A DNA stretch of 64,000 nt from a virus: IMG/VR virus record IMGVR_UViG_3300031857_000025; one strand, 5' to 3'. The translations under genes were made by a program, and so were the position numbers. Shown here piece by piece: positions 10,680 through 20,757 of the stretch. Below the pieces are notes generated by a model. It was not told the origin of the DNA. It saw only the letters and a program-made list of their open reading frames with translations, and made no database searches. Numbering within the stretch: the stretch's first letter is position 1; each line of letters begins with the position of its first letter.

Positions 10680-12062
10680 ATGGCAAAAGGACGATCAATT
10701 AGTAAAATATCTAAAGAGCTTGAGACATTAGTCGATAAAATGAAAAAGAAGGCCAAAGAGTTTGCAGAAGCCGATGGTGCTAAGAAGCAAAAAATTACCA
10801 ACGAGTTAAAGAAAATGACATTTGATAAAAAAATGTTAGAAAAAGAACTTGAATCATCTGTTGCTGAATTAGATAAAAATGCTCAATTACAAGTTGATGA
10901 ACGTGTTATATTATCCAATGCCATTAAAAAAATAGTCGAGCAAGAAATTAAGTTTTTTTTTCCTAATAGATACACCCGACGTAAACTACAAAAACTGACA
11001 GAATCTACAGTAGTGTTAGAAAGTCAGGCTAAGCGAGTAGCAAAATCATTAAAACGCGGTATGTCTGAATCCCAATGGACCAACTTAGTAAATTTTGTAC
11101 AGCCTGTAATGGGTGTTAATGAAGTTGGCGCTGTATCAGATGATGTTGTAGCTAAGGCAATTGCTCAAATTGCTAAAGAAGCAACAAAAGGAAAAGTAAC
11201 TGTTGATCCAAATAAAATTAATGTAGATGCATTAGAGGATCCCAAGTCAATAGATTCAAAAGATGATGTTATTGATGAAGGATTACTTATGGAGATGGGG
11301 CCATTAGAAACTGGATTATTAGCTGCTCCTACCTTACTAAAATTTTTAGGAAATATAGTCGATTGGATTGGCGGATTAACTTTTGGTGATGAAAAATCTA
11401 GATCTATACGTCGTATTATAGGTCGTATGTACGAGTATGCTAAGAAAAACAAAGAAATACCGTCAAAAGCTGACATGGTAAAGCAACTAGGTGGTACAGT
11501 TAAAGGTATGTTACAAGGTGTATCATTTGAAGCAGATAAAAAGTATATTGATGATGCATATGCATATCTTGGTCAAACGATAGAAAAAAGTCATAAGTCA
11601 GATGATCATGCAGTAAGTTTTGATAGTAGTGGAGCATCAGCACAACCAGTCGATGAACACATGTTACATGTTATACATGATGCATCCGCAGATACAAAAT
11701 TAGGTAAATGGCTTAAAAATACGGCTCATGAAATGCATGATGCATATTTAATACCATTAAGGGCAGTTATTTCAGGCGTAATGTTATTAGGAGATCCGAG
11801 TAATTTTTTACGTGTAAAGAAAGTATGGGAGACTTCTAAACGTGTAGCAGATGTAATCTATACTATAGGTATGTTTTTTATTGCTATTGATGGTGGAATG
11901 CATGCAATTGACCAAGTAGTTGAGGCATTACCAGAAATCAAAGCTACTGCATCAGCGGCTGGTCAATCCGGAACTATATTTACAGCAGTAGCCGATTCTA
12001 TTAAAGCTGGTGATATGTCAGTAGCTATATTGAAAGGTGTATTGGAAAAGGCATTAGCATAA
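10680..12062 (+). CDS. Hypothetical protein, coiled-coil N-terminus and hydrophobic C-terminal helices
   Basis: 460 aa ORF with AAGGA upstream; several [IL]xE sites; hydrophobic segments near the C-terminus. Confidence 0.6.
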   Translation: MAKGRSISKISKELETLVDKMKKKAKEFAEADGAKKQKITNELKKMTFDKKMLEKELESSVAELDKNAQLQVDERVILSNAIKKIVEQEIKFFFPNRYTRRKLQKLTESTVVLESQAKRVAKSLKRGMSESQWTNLVNFVQPVMGVNEVGAVSDDVVAKAIAQIAKEATKGKVTVDPNKINVDALEDPKSIDSKDDVIDEGLLMEMGPLETGLLAAPTLLKFLGNIVDWIGGLTFGDEKSRSIRRIIGRMYEYAKKNKEIPSKADMVKQLGGTVKGMLQGVSFEADKKYIDDAYAYLGQTIEKSHKSDDHAVSFDSSGASAQPVDEHMLHVIHDASADTKLGKWLKNTAHEMHDAYLIPLRAVISGVMLLGDPSNFLRVKKVWETSKRVADVIYTIGMFFIAIDGGMHAIDQVVEALPEIKATASAAGQSGTIFTAVADSIKAGDMSVAILKGVLEKALA

Positions 12063-12083
12063 TAATAAATTAACTAGAGTTAC

Positions 12084-13667
12084 ATGGCACAGAAAAGTTT
12101 ACGTGAAATAATTTCAGAAGAATACAAACGTTGTGCAGTGGATCCTATCCATTTCATGCGCAAGTATTGTATTATTCAACATCCCACAAAAGGTAAAATG
12201 TATTTTAACCTTTATCCATTTCAGGAAGAGGTATTAACATCCTTACAACATAACCGATATAGTGTAATACTTAAATCGCGTCAGTTAGGTATATCAACAG
12301 TAACTGCTGGTTATGTGTTATGGGCAATGCTGTTTAAATCAGATTATAATGTATTAGTTATTGCAACTACTCAAGACGTTGCTAAAAACTTGGTTACAAA
12401 GATACGTGTAATGCACGAAAATCTTCCTAGTTGGTTAAAGGGTACGTCTATTGAAGATAACAAATTATCCTTACGCTTTAAGAACGGTTCTCAAGTTAAA
12501 GCTGTATCAAGTACTGGTACTGCCGGTCGTTCTGAAGCATTATCTCTTTTAGTAATTGATGAGGCAGCGTTTATTAGAAACATTGATGAAATATGGACAT
12601 CGGCTCAACAAACACTTGCGACAGGTGGTGGATGTATTTCTTTATCTACTCCTAATGGTACTGGTAATTGGTTTCATAAAATTTGGTCAGATGCGGAAGC
12701 GGGTGGTCAATTTCATCCGATAAAACTGCATTGGACAGTACATCCAGATCGTGATGACAAATGGAGAGTTCAACAGACAGAGTTGTTAGGAGAAAAACAA
12801 GCAGCCCAAGAATGTGATTGTGACTTTATATCATCAGGACATACTGTTATTGACGGTCCTATTCTGCAATGGTATGAACAAACATATATTAAAGAGCCAA
12901 TAGAAAAACGTGGATTTGATAGTAATTATTGGGTATGGGAATATCCAGAATACGGTACTAACAAAAGCTATGCAGTTGTAGCTGACGTTGCCCGAGGCGA
13001 TGGAGCAGACTATTCAGCTTTCCATGTTATAGAAATCAATTCAATGACTCAAGTAGCTGAATATCGTGGTAAGATAGGAACAACTGATTACGGTAATATG
13101 CTTGTATCTGTAGCAACTGAATATGATAATGCCTTACTAGTAATTGAAAATGCTAATATAGGATGGGCAGTACTACAAGTAGCGATAGATCGTAATTACA
13201 ATAACTTATATTATTCATATCGTTCAGATGCATATGTAGATGAAAATGTACATTTAGCAAAAGGATATGATTTGAAAAGTAAGTCAGATAAAGTTCCTGG
13301 CTTTTCAATGAATTCAAAAACTCGTCCACTTGTAATATCTAAACTAGAAACATATTTTCGTGAAAAAAGTCCAGTAGTACGTAGTAAACGATTAATAGAT
13401 GAACTGTTAGTATTTATATGGACTGGTCAACGTGCAGAAGCACAAAGAGGTTATAATGATGACTTGGTAATGTCCTTTGGTACCGCTTTATGGGTACGTG
13501 ATACAGCACTTCGTCTACATCAACAAGGTATAGATTTATCTAGAAAAACGTTAGGTCATTTTGGCAAGACTACCCCGGGTGTATATAGTAGTAATAATAC
13601 TGCTGCTAATAATAGTTGGTCATGGGGTACAGCTAATGGAAACGAGAGCCTTACCTGGCTTATCTAA
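12084..13667 (+). CDS. terL: Terminase large subunit (T4 gp17-like)
   Basis: LYPFQ Q motif, KSRQLGIST Walker A, LVIDEAAF Walker B, STPNG, nuclease DVARG.G.DYS and NDDLVM. Confidence 0.96.
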   Translation: MAQKSLREIISEEYKRCAVDPIHFMRKYCIIQHPTKGKMYFNLYPFQEEVLTSLQHNRYSVILKSRQLGISTVTAGYVLWAMLFKSDYNVLVIATTQDVAKNLVTKIRVMHENLPSWLKGTSIEDNKLSLRFKNGSQVKAVSSTGTAGRSEALSLLVIDEAAFIRNIDEIWTSAQQTLATGGGCISLSTPNGTGNWFHKIWSDAEAGGQFHPIKLHWTVHPDRDDKWRVQQTELLGEKQAAQECDCDFISSGHTVIDGPILQWYEQTYIKEPIEKRGFDSNYWVWEYPEYGTNKSYAVVADVARGDGADYSAFHVIEINSMTQVAEYRGKIGTTDYGNMLVSVATEYDNALLVIENANIGWAVLQVAIDRNYNNLYYSYRSDAYVDENVHLAKGYDLKSKSDKVPGFSMNSKTRPLVISKLETYFREKSPVVRSKRLIDELLVFIWTGQRAEAQRGYNDDLVMSFGTALWVRDTALRLHQQGIDLSRKTLGHFGKTTPGVYSSNNTAANNSWSWGTANGNESLTWLI

Positions 13668-13674
13668 TATTTAT
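13667..13674 (+). promoter_or_regulatory. Late-type promoter box ATATTTAT
   Basis: Recurrent motif, 15 nt before the portal ATG. Confidence 0.6.
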
Positions 13675-13689
13675 TAATAAATAGAACTT

Positions 13690-15591
13690 ATGGCAGATAC
13701 TTCACTACAAGCTAGACTTAAACGACTGTTTTCAACTAATGTCGTTGTGCGTAGAATAGCAAAAAACCGTTTAAAGGCTATTGATACTAATAAGTTACAA
13801 TCAAACGGTTCATTGTCAACAACTGCATATATAGATCGTTTTGCCGGTCTACATAGAGGTCAAGGAGGCCAGTCAGTTTACAATGGTACATATAACTTTC
13901 ATCAATCTAAAGTAGAATTATTTTCAGATTATGAGGCTATGGATTTAGATCCTATTATCGCATCGGCATTAGACATATATGCAGATGAAAGTACAGTTAA
14001 AGATTCGGAAGGTGATACTTTAACAATATCATCGCCTAATAATGAAATACGTAAAGTACTTCATAATTTGTTTTATGATATACTTAATATAGATTATAAT
14101 TTATGGCCATGGATACGTAATGCTTGTAAGTATGGAGACTTTTATCTTTATCTAGATATTGAAGATGAGTTAGGAGTTATTAATGTAATTCCAATGTCTG
14201 CATATGAAATGGTACGTGAAGAAGGATATGATCAAGAAAATCCATATGCATATCGATTTGTAATGCAAGGTGCTCATACTACTACTAGACATTTTGCGGG
14301 TACCGGAGGACAAAATCCACGTAATGAATTTGAAAATTACCAAATAGCTCATTTCCGTTTATTATCAGATACTAATTTCTTACCATATGGTAAATCAATG
14401 ATTGAACCAGCACGTAAGATTTTTAAACAACTTACGTTGATGGAAGATGCTATGTTAATACATCGTATTATGAGAGCACCAGAACGTCGTATTTTTAAAA
14501 TTGATGTCGGTAATATACCACCTAACGAAGTTGATAGTTATATGCAACAGATTATCAACAAGATGAAAAAGACCCCGTATATTGATGAAACAACTGGGCA
14601 ATATAATTTAAAGTTTAATATACAAAACATGATGGAAGACTATTATCTTCCGGTACGTGGTGGAGATTCGGGAACAGCTATTGATACATTATCTGGATTA
14701 AGTTCGGATGGTCAGATTGAAGATATTGAATACTTACGTAATAAAATGCATGCCGCTCTTAAAATACCTAAAGCATTTTTAGGATATGATGAAGGTGTAG
14801 AAGGTAAAGCTACTTTAGCGGCTGAAGATGTACGTTTTGCTAGAACTATTGAACGTATACAAAAAATATTCGTATCAGAGTTAACTAAAATTGCTATTGT
14901 ACATTTATATGCACAAGGATTCCGTGATGAAGATTTGGTTAATTTTAGTTTATCACTAACTAACCCATCATTAATATATGAAAAGCAAAAAATTGAATCT
15001 CTTAATGAAAAGGTAAGTTTGGCCGGTAATCTTAAAGAGACTACCATGTTTTCAGAAAAATATATTTATGAAAATGTATTTGGATTAAGTGAAGAAGAAT
15101 GGCAAGCTGAACGTGAATTAGTTATTGAGGACTTAAAACAAGACTTCCGTAAGGAACAAATTAAGTCAGAAGGTAATGATCCAAAGAAAACTAATATGAG
15201 TTTTGGTACACCTCATGATATTGCTAGTATGCACGTTGCTAATAAAGGTGGATTGTTACCAGGTATGGAGCAAGAACATGTAGCCGGGCCAGGAAGACCT
15301 CAAGAGCCAGGTACTTGGGGTAGCCATGCAAGTCCGCATGGAAGAGATCCATTAGGTATTAAAGATTTAGGTAAAACATTTACTACTGATAAATCACCAT
15401 TACAACATAATTTCCGTGGTGGTAGTGCATTAAGTACGGAGCATATTGATACTAAAGCTATAATAAAATCAATGGCTAGTAAAGTAAAAACAAAACAAGT
15501 ATTAAAAGAGTCATTAGATATTGAGATTAAAAATGATGATGCTGGTACTATGTTAGATGAAAACAATTTACTAGATATAAATTTAACATAA
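13690..15591 (+). CDS. Portal protein (T4 gp20-like)
   Basis: QL.LMEDAMLIHRIMRAPERRIFKIDVGN and EDYYLP.RGG..GT.IDTL.G motifs; follows TerL. Confidence 0.96.
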   Translation: MADTSLQARLKRLFSTNVVVRRIAKNRLKAIDTNKLQSNGSLSTTAYIDRFAGLHRGQGGQSVYNGTYNFHQSKVELFSDYEAMDLDPIIASALDIYADESTVKDSEGDTLTISSPNNEIRKVLHNLFYDILNIDYNLWPWIRNACKYGDFYLYLDIEDELGVINVIPMSAYEMVREEGYDQENPYAYRFVMQGAHTTTRHFAGTGGQNPRNEFENYQIAHFRLLSDTNFLPYGKSMIEPARKIFKQLTLMEDAMLIHRIMRAPERRIFKIDVGNIPPNEVDSYMQQIINKMKKTPYIDETTGQYNLKFNIQNMMEDYYLPVRGGDSGTAIDTLSGLSSDGQIEDIEYLRNKMHAALKIPKAFLGYDEGVEGKATLAAEDVRFARTIERIQKIFVSELTKIAIVHLYAQGFRDEDLVNFSLSLTNPSLIYEKQKIESLNEKVSLAGNLKETTMFSEKYIYENVFGLSEEEWQAERELVIEDLKQDFRKEQIKSEGNDPKKTNMSFGTPHDIASMHVANKGGLLPGMEQEHVAGPGRPQEPGTWGSHASPHGRDPLGIKDLGKTFTTDKSPLQHNFRGGSALSTEHIDTKAIIKSMASKVKTKQVLKESLDIEIKNDDAGTMLDENNLLDINLT

Positions 15592-15636
15592 TAACTATAT
15601 TTATTAAAAAGATACGTACAAACAGGATGTATAAAC

Positions 15637-16485
15637 ATGAGTAAGATTAAACATGCGAAAGTAAAGAATACTGGTTTAATTTTTGAGTTACTCGTACGCC
15701 AAGTAGCATCGGATACTATGAACAATAAAGATTCGGCAGCACTTCGTATAATTAAAAGAAATTTTAGAAAGAACTCAGAATTATCAAAAGAGTTAAAATT
15801 ATACCGTTCTTTACATGAAGAAACGTTTAACTCACAGCGTAAAGCAGAAATGTTTTTAGAAGCAGTACTTCGTACAAAACGCAGTATTAACGAAACAGCT
15901 TTAAAGCGTGAAAAATATAATTTAATAAAAGAAATACGTAACAATTATAACATTGAAGATTTTTTCAAATCACGTGTTAATAATTATAAACTACATGCTT
16001 CGATTTATAAATTATTTGAATTTGCAGAATCAGATGATCCAAAAGAATATGTAGAAAATCGATTTTCATTAACCGAATATATTTGTACAGTACGTAAGAC
16101 AGATACTGAAGCAGTACCGGTATTAACTAATGAAGATAAAGATGTTCGATTATTAGCATCTAAATTAATCATTGATCGTTTTAACGAAAAATATGCTACA
16201 TTAAACGAATCACAAAAACGTTTACTACGCGAATATATTAATAATGTAACTAACTCAGTGACACTTAAACAGTTTATTGTTAAAGAATCTGCTATGTTAC
16301 GTGATACTATTAATAAACTAAAAACTACAGTACCTAGCAAAGTTATACGTATCAAATTAAATGAAGTCGCTAATTTATTAACTACAATGAGCCGTCGTAA
16401 TAATATCGAAGATAAAGATATATTAACAATGCTTCGTTACTATGAATTAGTAGAAGAACTTAAAAGCATTAAAGGAGCAAAATGA
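15637..16485 (+). CDS. Hypothetical helical protein of the head module
   Basis: 282 aa ORF after portal; late box 15597-15604. Confidence 0.65.
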   Translation: MSKIKHAKVKNTGLIFELLVRQVASDTMNNKDSAALRIIKRNFRKNSELSKELKLYRSLHEETFNSQRKAEMFLEAVLRTKRSINETALKREKYNLIKEIRNNYNIEDFFKSRVNNYKLHASIYKLFEFAESDDPKEYVENRFSLTEYICTVRKTDTEAVPVLTNEDKDVRLLASKLIIDRFNEKYATLNESQKRLLREYINNVTNSVTLKQFIVKESAMLRDTINKLKTTVPSKVIRIKLNEVANLLTTMSRRNNIEDKDILTMLRYYELVEELKSIKGAK

Positions 16486-16784
16486 GTTTTTATCCTGGAT
16501 ATACAGCCACAGAACAAAATCAATTTACTAGACTAGGGCATCCTGGTAAGTATGTGTCATCGTATTTATATACTAGTGGTCAAGTAGACTTTACTGGTAG
16601 TAATTATGGATATGGTAGTATTATTGTTAAGACACCTGGTAATGCAACCGCTAGTTTATCGGACGGCGGAGAAATTATATTAAATGACTTAACAGCCGGT
16701 GTTATATATGACTTGTCAGTGAGACAGATTAAAGGTGGATCGGCTAGTGTTATTTACGTACTAAAGCGTCAAACAGGATTCTAA
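16482..16784 (+). CDS. Hypothetical small beta-rich protein
   Basis: AAGGAG upstream; overlaps the stop codon of the previous gene. Confidence 0.6.
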   Translation: MSFYPGYTATEQNQFTRLGHPGKYVSSYLYTSGQVDFTGSNYGYGSIIVKTPGNATASLSDGGEIILNDLTAGVIYDLSVRQIKGGSASVIYVLKRQTGF

Positions 16785-16785
16785 T

Positions 16786-17607
16786 ATGGGCCTACGTAAA
16801 GATATAGAAAAGAATTTTCGTCGGTTAATGGAAGCAGTAGACCGCGTTTCTGATAAAGAAGCCAACACGGATTTTGAAGACTTGGACGATAAAGATTTAG
16901 ACAATGATGGCGATACTGATAGTTCAGATCGATATCTAAAAAAGCGTTTAAGTAAAGTTGCTAAAATGGACGAAGAAGAAGAGTTAGATGAAATGTCTAC
17001 GACTGCAGGTGTACCTGGCTATGATTCGCCAATGGCATTTGGTAAAGCTGATGATGATACTATTGAAGCTGATGGTTGGAAAAAAACTCCTAAGACAAAT
17101 AAATTCTTTAAACGTATGGAAAGTAAAACATCTGATTATAAAAAAATGATGTCCGAAATGTACGGTGTTAACCCTAGTATTACAGAATCTAGTAATCCAG
17201 AAATGGATAAGTTAGTTACGGCATTTGTTGATAAGATAGCGGATAGAAATGGGTATCCAACATCAGAAGCTATCATATCAATATTTGAAGCACTTAAGCG
17301 AAAAGGATTTTTACATAAAAGCGTTGAATACAAATCACCTTCAGGCTATAGTATTGATGAAGCAGTATCATATCGTGAATACAAAAAAGATGAATCTGCT
17401 ACACCATCACAAAAGGTAAACAAAAGTATTATGGAAGTTAATCGTATGTTAGCTGAAATAGAACGAGTAGTAGCACATAACTTAAAATTAAAAAATGAAT
17501 CTGGTGTTAATTCTGGACAATTCTGGAAATCAACAGGGGCTCGTTTTTCAAAAATTAACGAACGTATAGTTCGTATTTCAAATAGATTAAAGGAATTATC
17601 AAAATGA
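16786..17607 (+). CDS. Hypothetical modular head-associated protein
   Basis: DLDNDGDTD motif; segments separated by LME, LDE, ITE, IDE. Confidence 0.6.
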   Translation: MGLRKDIEKNFRRLMEAVDRVSDKEANTDFEDLDDKDLDNDGDTDSSDRYLKKRLSKVAKMDEEEELDEMSTTAGVPGYDSPMAFGKADDDTIEADGWKKTPKTNKFFKRMESKTSDYKKMMSEMYGVNPSITESSNPEMDKLVTAFVDKIADRNGYPTSEAIISIFEALKRKGFLHKSVEYKSPSGYSIDEAVSYREYKKDESATPSQKVNKSIMEVNRMLAEIERVVAHNLKLKNESGVNSGQFWKSTGARFSKINERIVRISNRLKELSK

Positions 17608-18419
17608 GTAATTTTTTAGATTGGCGTGATTATACAAGACAGCCACATATCAAACAATTAATTGAAACAAAAGGCGTTGAAGCTGCCCGTATACAATTCG
17701 TAAAAGAAAGTAATAAGGCATTATGGGATGATCCATTTATTATAAACGAATCATATGAATCACCTGGTACGTCGGTATCATCTAATAATTCAGCTGCGGT
17801 CGGTACTAATCCACAGTTGATTAGCGTAACAGCTGAAACTCAGAGCTTTGCATGGGCATCTGGATTGACTAATAATATTACCGGTTCTAATCATCCGACA
17901 AGTGCTAGTATACATGAATATTATTTTGATGTAACTGCTTATAACGGAGGAGTTGACTATACATATGACCACGTTGATACATTTAAAAAATTCAGATTTT
18001 TAATTGTATCTGGAGCAGCTGGATATACATATAGTAATACAACTGGTTTAGCAGGATTAATTACTGCATCTTATACAAGATCTGAAACTGGTAATATTAC
18101 TGGTAGTTTGTTAAACAGATTTAAAGATGCCGTTAATACCCAAGCCGCCGGAGCAGTAGTTGCTGGATTTACAAATACAATCGCACCAGCTGATTTATTT
18201 ACTGTAACATTAACAGCAGGAAGTGGCTCTTTGACAATTGAACATGACAATGAAGGTGGTGTACCGGATCCATATACAAACTTTATATCAGCTACAGCAT
18301 CAATCACAGTAACTACAAACGGTACAGATAAGATATATGATGAGACAGGTACGTATTATGATACAATTTTAGTAGATGGTGCTGTGTATCCATATACATC
18401 ATTAACTCGTAAAGGATAA
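17604..18419 (+). CDS. Hypothetical structural protein
   Basis: Charged leader ending IINE, followed by an S/T/G-rich beta-type region. Confidence 0.55.
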   Translation: MSNFLDWRDYTRQPHIKQLIETKGVEAARIQFVKESNKALWDDPFIINESYESPGTSVSSNNSAAVGTNPQLISVTAETQSFAWASGLTNNITGSNHPTSASIHEYYFDVTAYNGGVDYTYDHVDTFKKFRFLIVSGAAGYTYSNTTGLAGLITASYTRSETGNITGSLLNRFKDAVNTQAAGAVVAGFTNTIAPADLFTVTLTAGSGSLTIEHDNEGGVPDPYTNFISATASITVTTNGTDKIYDETGTYYDTILVDGAVYPYTSLTRKG

Positions 18420-18420
18420 T

Positions 18421-19026
18421 ATGAGCAAACAACTTTTAGTTGATTATACAGTATTTGAAGTATCACCTCAACAAATAAACGAATCATTAACACAAAATAA
18501 CGGACGTTTAATTGTTAATGGAGTACTACAACGTGCTAATGCTCAGAATCAAAACGGCCGTGTATATCCAATGGAAATATTACAACGTGAAGCAAAAAAA
18601 TATAGTCAAACATTTATTGCGGAACGTAGAGCATTAGGAGAACTAGACCATCCAGATTCATCTGTTGTTAATTTGAATAACGTTAGTCATAATGTATTAG
18701 GTATGAATTGGAATGGTAACGATCTTGTCGGTACAGTAGAAATTCTCAATACACCGTCAGGTAATATACTTAAAGCATTATTTCAATCAGGAATTCGTTT
18801 AGGTATTTCATCACGCGGCATGGGGTCAGTTAAAGAAGTAATGCGTGAAGGAAATGCTACATTAGTAGTACAAGATGACTTTGATTTGATTGCATTTGAC
18901 TTTGTAAGTAATCCATCCACCCACGGAGCTTTCTTATCACCCGTCAATGAGTCAGTTAATAAAGTAATAAATGACAAATACGGTCATATAAATCGTATTA
19001 TACAAGATATCATAATGGAGTTTTAA
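18421..19026 (+). CDS. Prohead protease (T4 gp21-like)
   Basis: NQNGRVYP, GELDHP (His), GISSRGMGS (Ser), DFVSNPS (Asp). Confidence 0.96.
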   Translation: MSKQLLVDYTVFEVSPQQINESLTQNNGRLIVNGVLQRANAQNQNGRVYPMEILQREAKKYSQTFIAERRALGELDHPDSSVVNLNNVSHNVLGMNWNGNDLVGTVEILNTPSGNILKALFQSGIRLGISSRGMGSVKEVMREGNATLVVQDDFDLIAFDFVSNPSTHGAFLSPVNESVNKVINDKYGHINRIIQDIIMEF

Positions 19027-19027
19027 T

Positions 19028-19288
19028 ATGCCATCATTATTAGAATTAGCACATACATCACAATACGGGCCTATCAATCCAGGACAAATGGGAACTGGAT
19101 ATACTACTGGTCCTAATGCAGAACCATTGGTTAACATGCAATTAGGTAACCCAGTTGCTAGTTCTGTATCATTTGATAGTTTGGAACAAGCATCTCATAA
19201 CAGTCTTTATGGTCCTTATAATACGCCAGGTCAGCCAGGCGCTGGATTTATTCCAGATCCATTTGCAAATATACCGCCTGAACTATAA
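19028..19288 (+). CDS. Small Pro/Gly-rich protein with two internal repeats
   Basis: SLLELAHTSQYGPINPGQMGTGY vs SLEQASHNSLYGPYNTPGQPGAGF. Confidence 0.6.
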   Translation: MPSLLELAHTSQYGPINPGQMGTGYTTGPNAEPLVNMQLGNPVASSVSFDSLEQASHNSLYGPYNTPGQPGAGFIPDPFANIPPEL

Positions 19289-19296
19289 GGATTAGT

Positions 19297-19635
19297 ATGA
19301 ACTTAAAACATAAGTATAATAAACTGTTTACGGGTAAGCCAAAGTCTAATGATCAGTTACTTACGGAAGGTACTGTATTTTTAGGTATTGGAAACGCTAA
19401 ACGTAAAATTAATGAAGCAGAAAATGCCTCATATTATCAGGATCTTATGTCACAATTAGATGAAGCTGTAGCACAACTTAATCAGGTAATAGCTGATATA
19501 GATGCTCAGACAGAAGATGATATGGCATATGATTATGAAGTGAAAGCTGCACGTACAACAATTAACCGTTACGGTTCAGCTGCAATGAAAAATATAGCAG
19601 GTATTAGAAAAGTACTTAGAGGATTATCAAAATGA
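19297..19635 (+). CDS. Hypothetical helical protein
   Basis: AAGGA upstream; LTE and INE sites. Confidence 0.6.
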   Translation: MNLKHKYNKLFTGKPKSNDQLLTEGTVFLGIGNAKRKINEAENASYYQDLMSQLDEAVAQLNQVIADIDAQTEDDMAYDYEVKAARTTINRYGSAAMKNIAGIRKVLRGLSK

Positions 19636-20042
19636 AAAAGTTTGAACAACAATTACTACGTAGTATCTTAAATGAAAAGTATTTAGGAGAAACTGAAAAA
19701 CCTAAAATGACTAAAGAGGAAAAGAAAGCTTTCTTGGAAGCAGTATCTCAATATCATAAGTTAGGAGAAATGGTTTACCGTAACAATCAGTTATCAGAAT
19801 TATCAGAGACATTAAGTAACATTGTTACTACTGCAGAAAATTTAACTATGCAAGAGTCTGAACATTGGTTTGATAATGTTACGGTTAGCCGTCATATGAA
19901 GCAAATACAAGAAGCCTTTAAGGTATTTGAAAAGACTGCCGGTGAGATGTCAGGCATGCAACAACGTTTAGAAGCTGCATACGAAGATATTGGTACAGTA
20001 CTAAACAAGTACTATAATGTAAATAATGCATTAGAAGGATAA
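19632..20042 (+). CDS. Hypothetical coiled-coil protein of the head module
   Basis: Leader ending ILNE; coupled to the previous gene. Confidence 0.65.
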   Translation: MKKFEQQLLRSILNEKYLGETEKPKMTKEEKKAFLEAVSQYHKLGEMVYRNNQLSELSETLSNIVTTAENLTMQESEHWFDNVTVSRHMKQIQEAFKVFEKTAGEMSGMQQRLEAAYEDIGTVLNKYYNVNNALEG

Positions 20043-20043
20043 A

Positions 20044-20358
20044 ATGAATTTCATAACAAGTTACTGGAGAGAGTTATTGATATTGGTATTATTTGTATCA
20101 TTGTTAATAACTCTTTCTATGTTATATAATAAACCAACTGTTACGGTAACTATAGAAGATACCAAACAGATTGAACGCCTTAGGGAACAAGTTAATAAGT
20201 TAAACTCAGATCTATCAAATCTACAAACGGCTTATGATAATAAACAAGGTGAAACAGTTACACGAATAAAAAAAATAAAAGAACGCAATGCTGAAGAAAT
20301 TAACGCTCTTGATAAGTTGTCTACTGCTGGCCGCGATAGTGTCTGGACAACATTTTAG
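20044..20358 (+). CDS. Membrane-anchored coiled-coil protein, i-spanin-like
   Basis: N-terminal TM (LLILVLFVSLLITLSML), then coiled coil; 3' end overlaps the next gene. Confidence 0.5.
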   Translation: MNFITSYWRELLILVLFVSLLITLSMLYNKPTVTVTIEDTKQIERLREQVNKLNSDLSNLQTAYDNKQGETVTRIKKIKERNAEEINALDKLSTAGRDSVWTTF

Positions 20359-20722
20359 TCCTAAACGTATAGTATATAATAACGACTCCTTAGTTTGTTT
20401 TTCATATAAACAAGAGTTGGATCTATTACGTAAAATTAAATTATGTAACGGCGTTGAAATTGAATTAACAGAGACTCGCTCGTTATGGAATGATTGTAAT
20501 AAGCAATTAACCATAGAACGTAAATATTACAAAGATTTAAACAAGTTATATACAGACCTAGAAACGGAAGCAGATAGTCTTCGTACTAAATATCAGAATG
20601 AAATTGTATTACATGCTAATACTAAAGCATTATTAGATACTGAAACCAATCGTAAGCGTAACTGGAGAATGGCAGCAATAGCCGAAGGCATAATAATAGT
20701 TGCTATTTTTCTTGTTAAATAA
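20288..20722 (+). CDS. Exported coiled-coil protein with C-terminal TM, spanin partner candidate
   Basis: Signal peptide MLKKLTLLISCLLLAAIVSG-Q; C-terminal hydrophobic AAIAEGIIIVAIFLV; 71 nt overlap with the previous ORF. Confidence 0.5.
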   Translation: MLKKLTLLISCLLLAAIVSGQHFSPKRIVYNNDSLVCFSYKQELDLLRKIKLCNGVEIELTETRSLWNDCNKQLTIERKYYKDLNKLYTDLETEADSLRTKYQNEIVLHANTKALLDTETNRKRNWRMAAIAEGIIIVAIFLVK

Positions 20723-20742
20723 AGAAATAGTTATTATAATAA
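20712..20742 (+). promoter_or_regulatory. Putative host-type promoter for bS21
   Basis: TTG(20712-14)-N20-TATAATAA(20735-42). Confidence 0.45.
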
Positions 20743-20757
20743 TCAAAAATAAGTTAT

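Noticed and set aside
15062-15069. ATATTTAT inside the portal gene
   Set aside because: Far from any start codon; some chance copies are expected in AT-rich coding DNA
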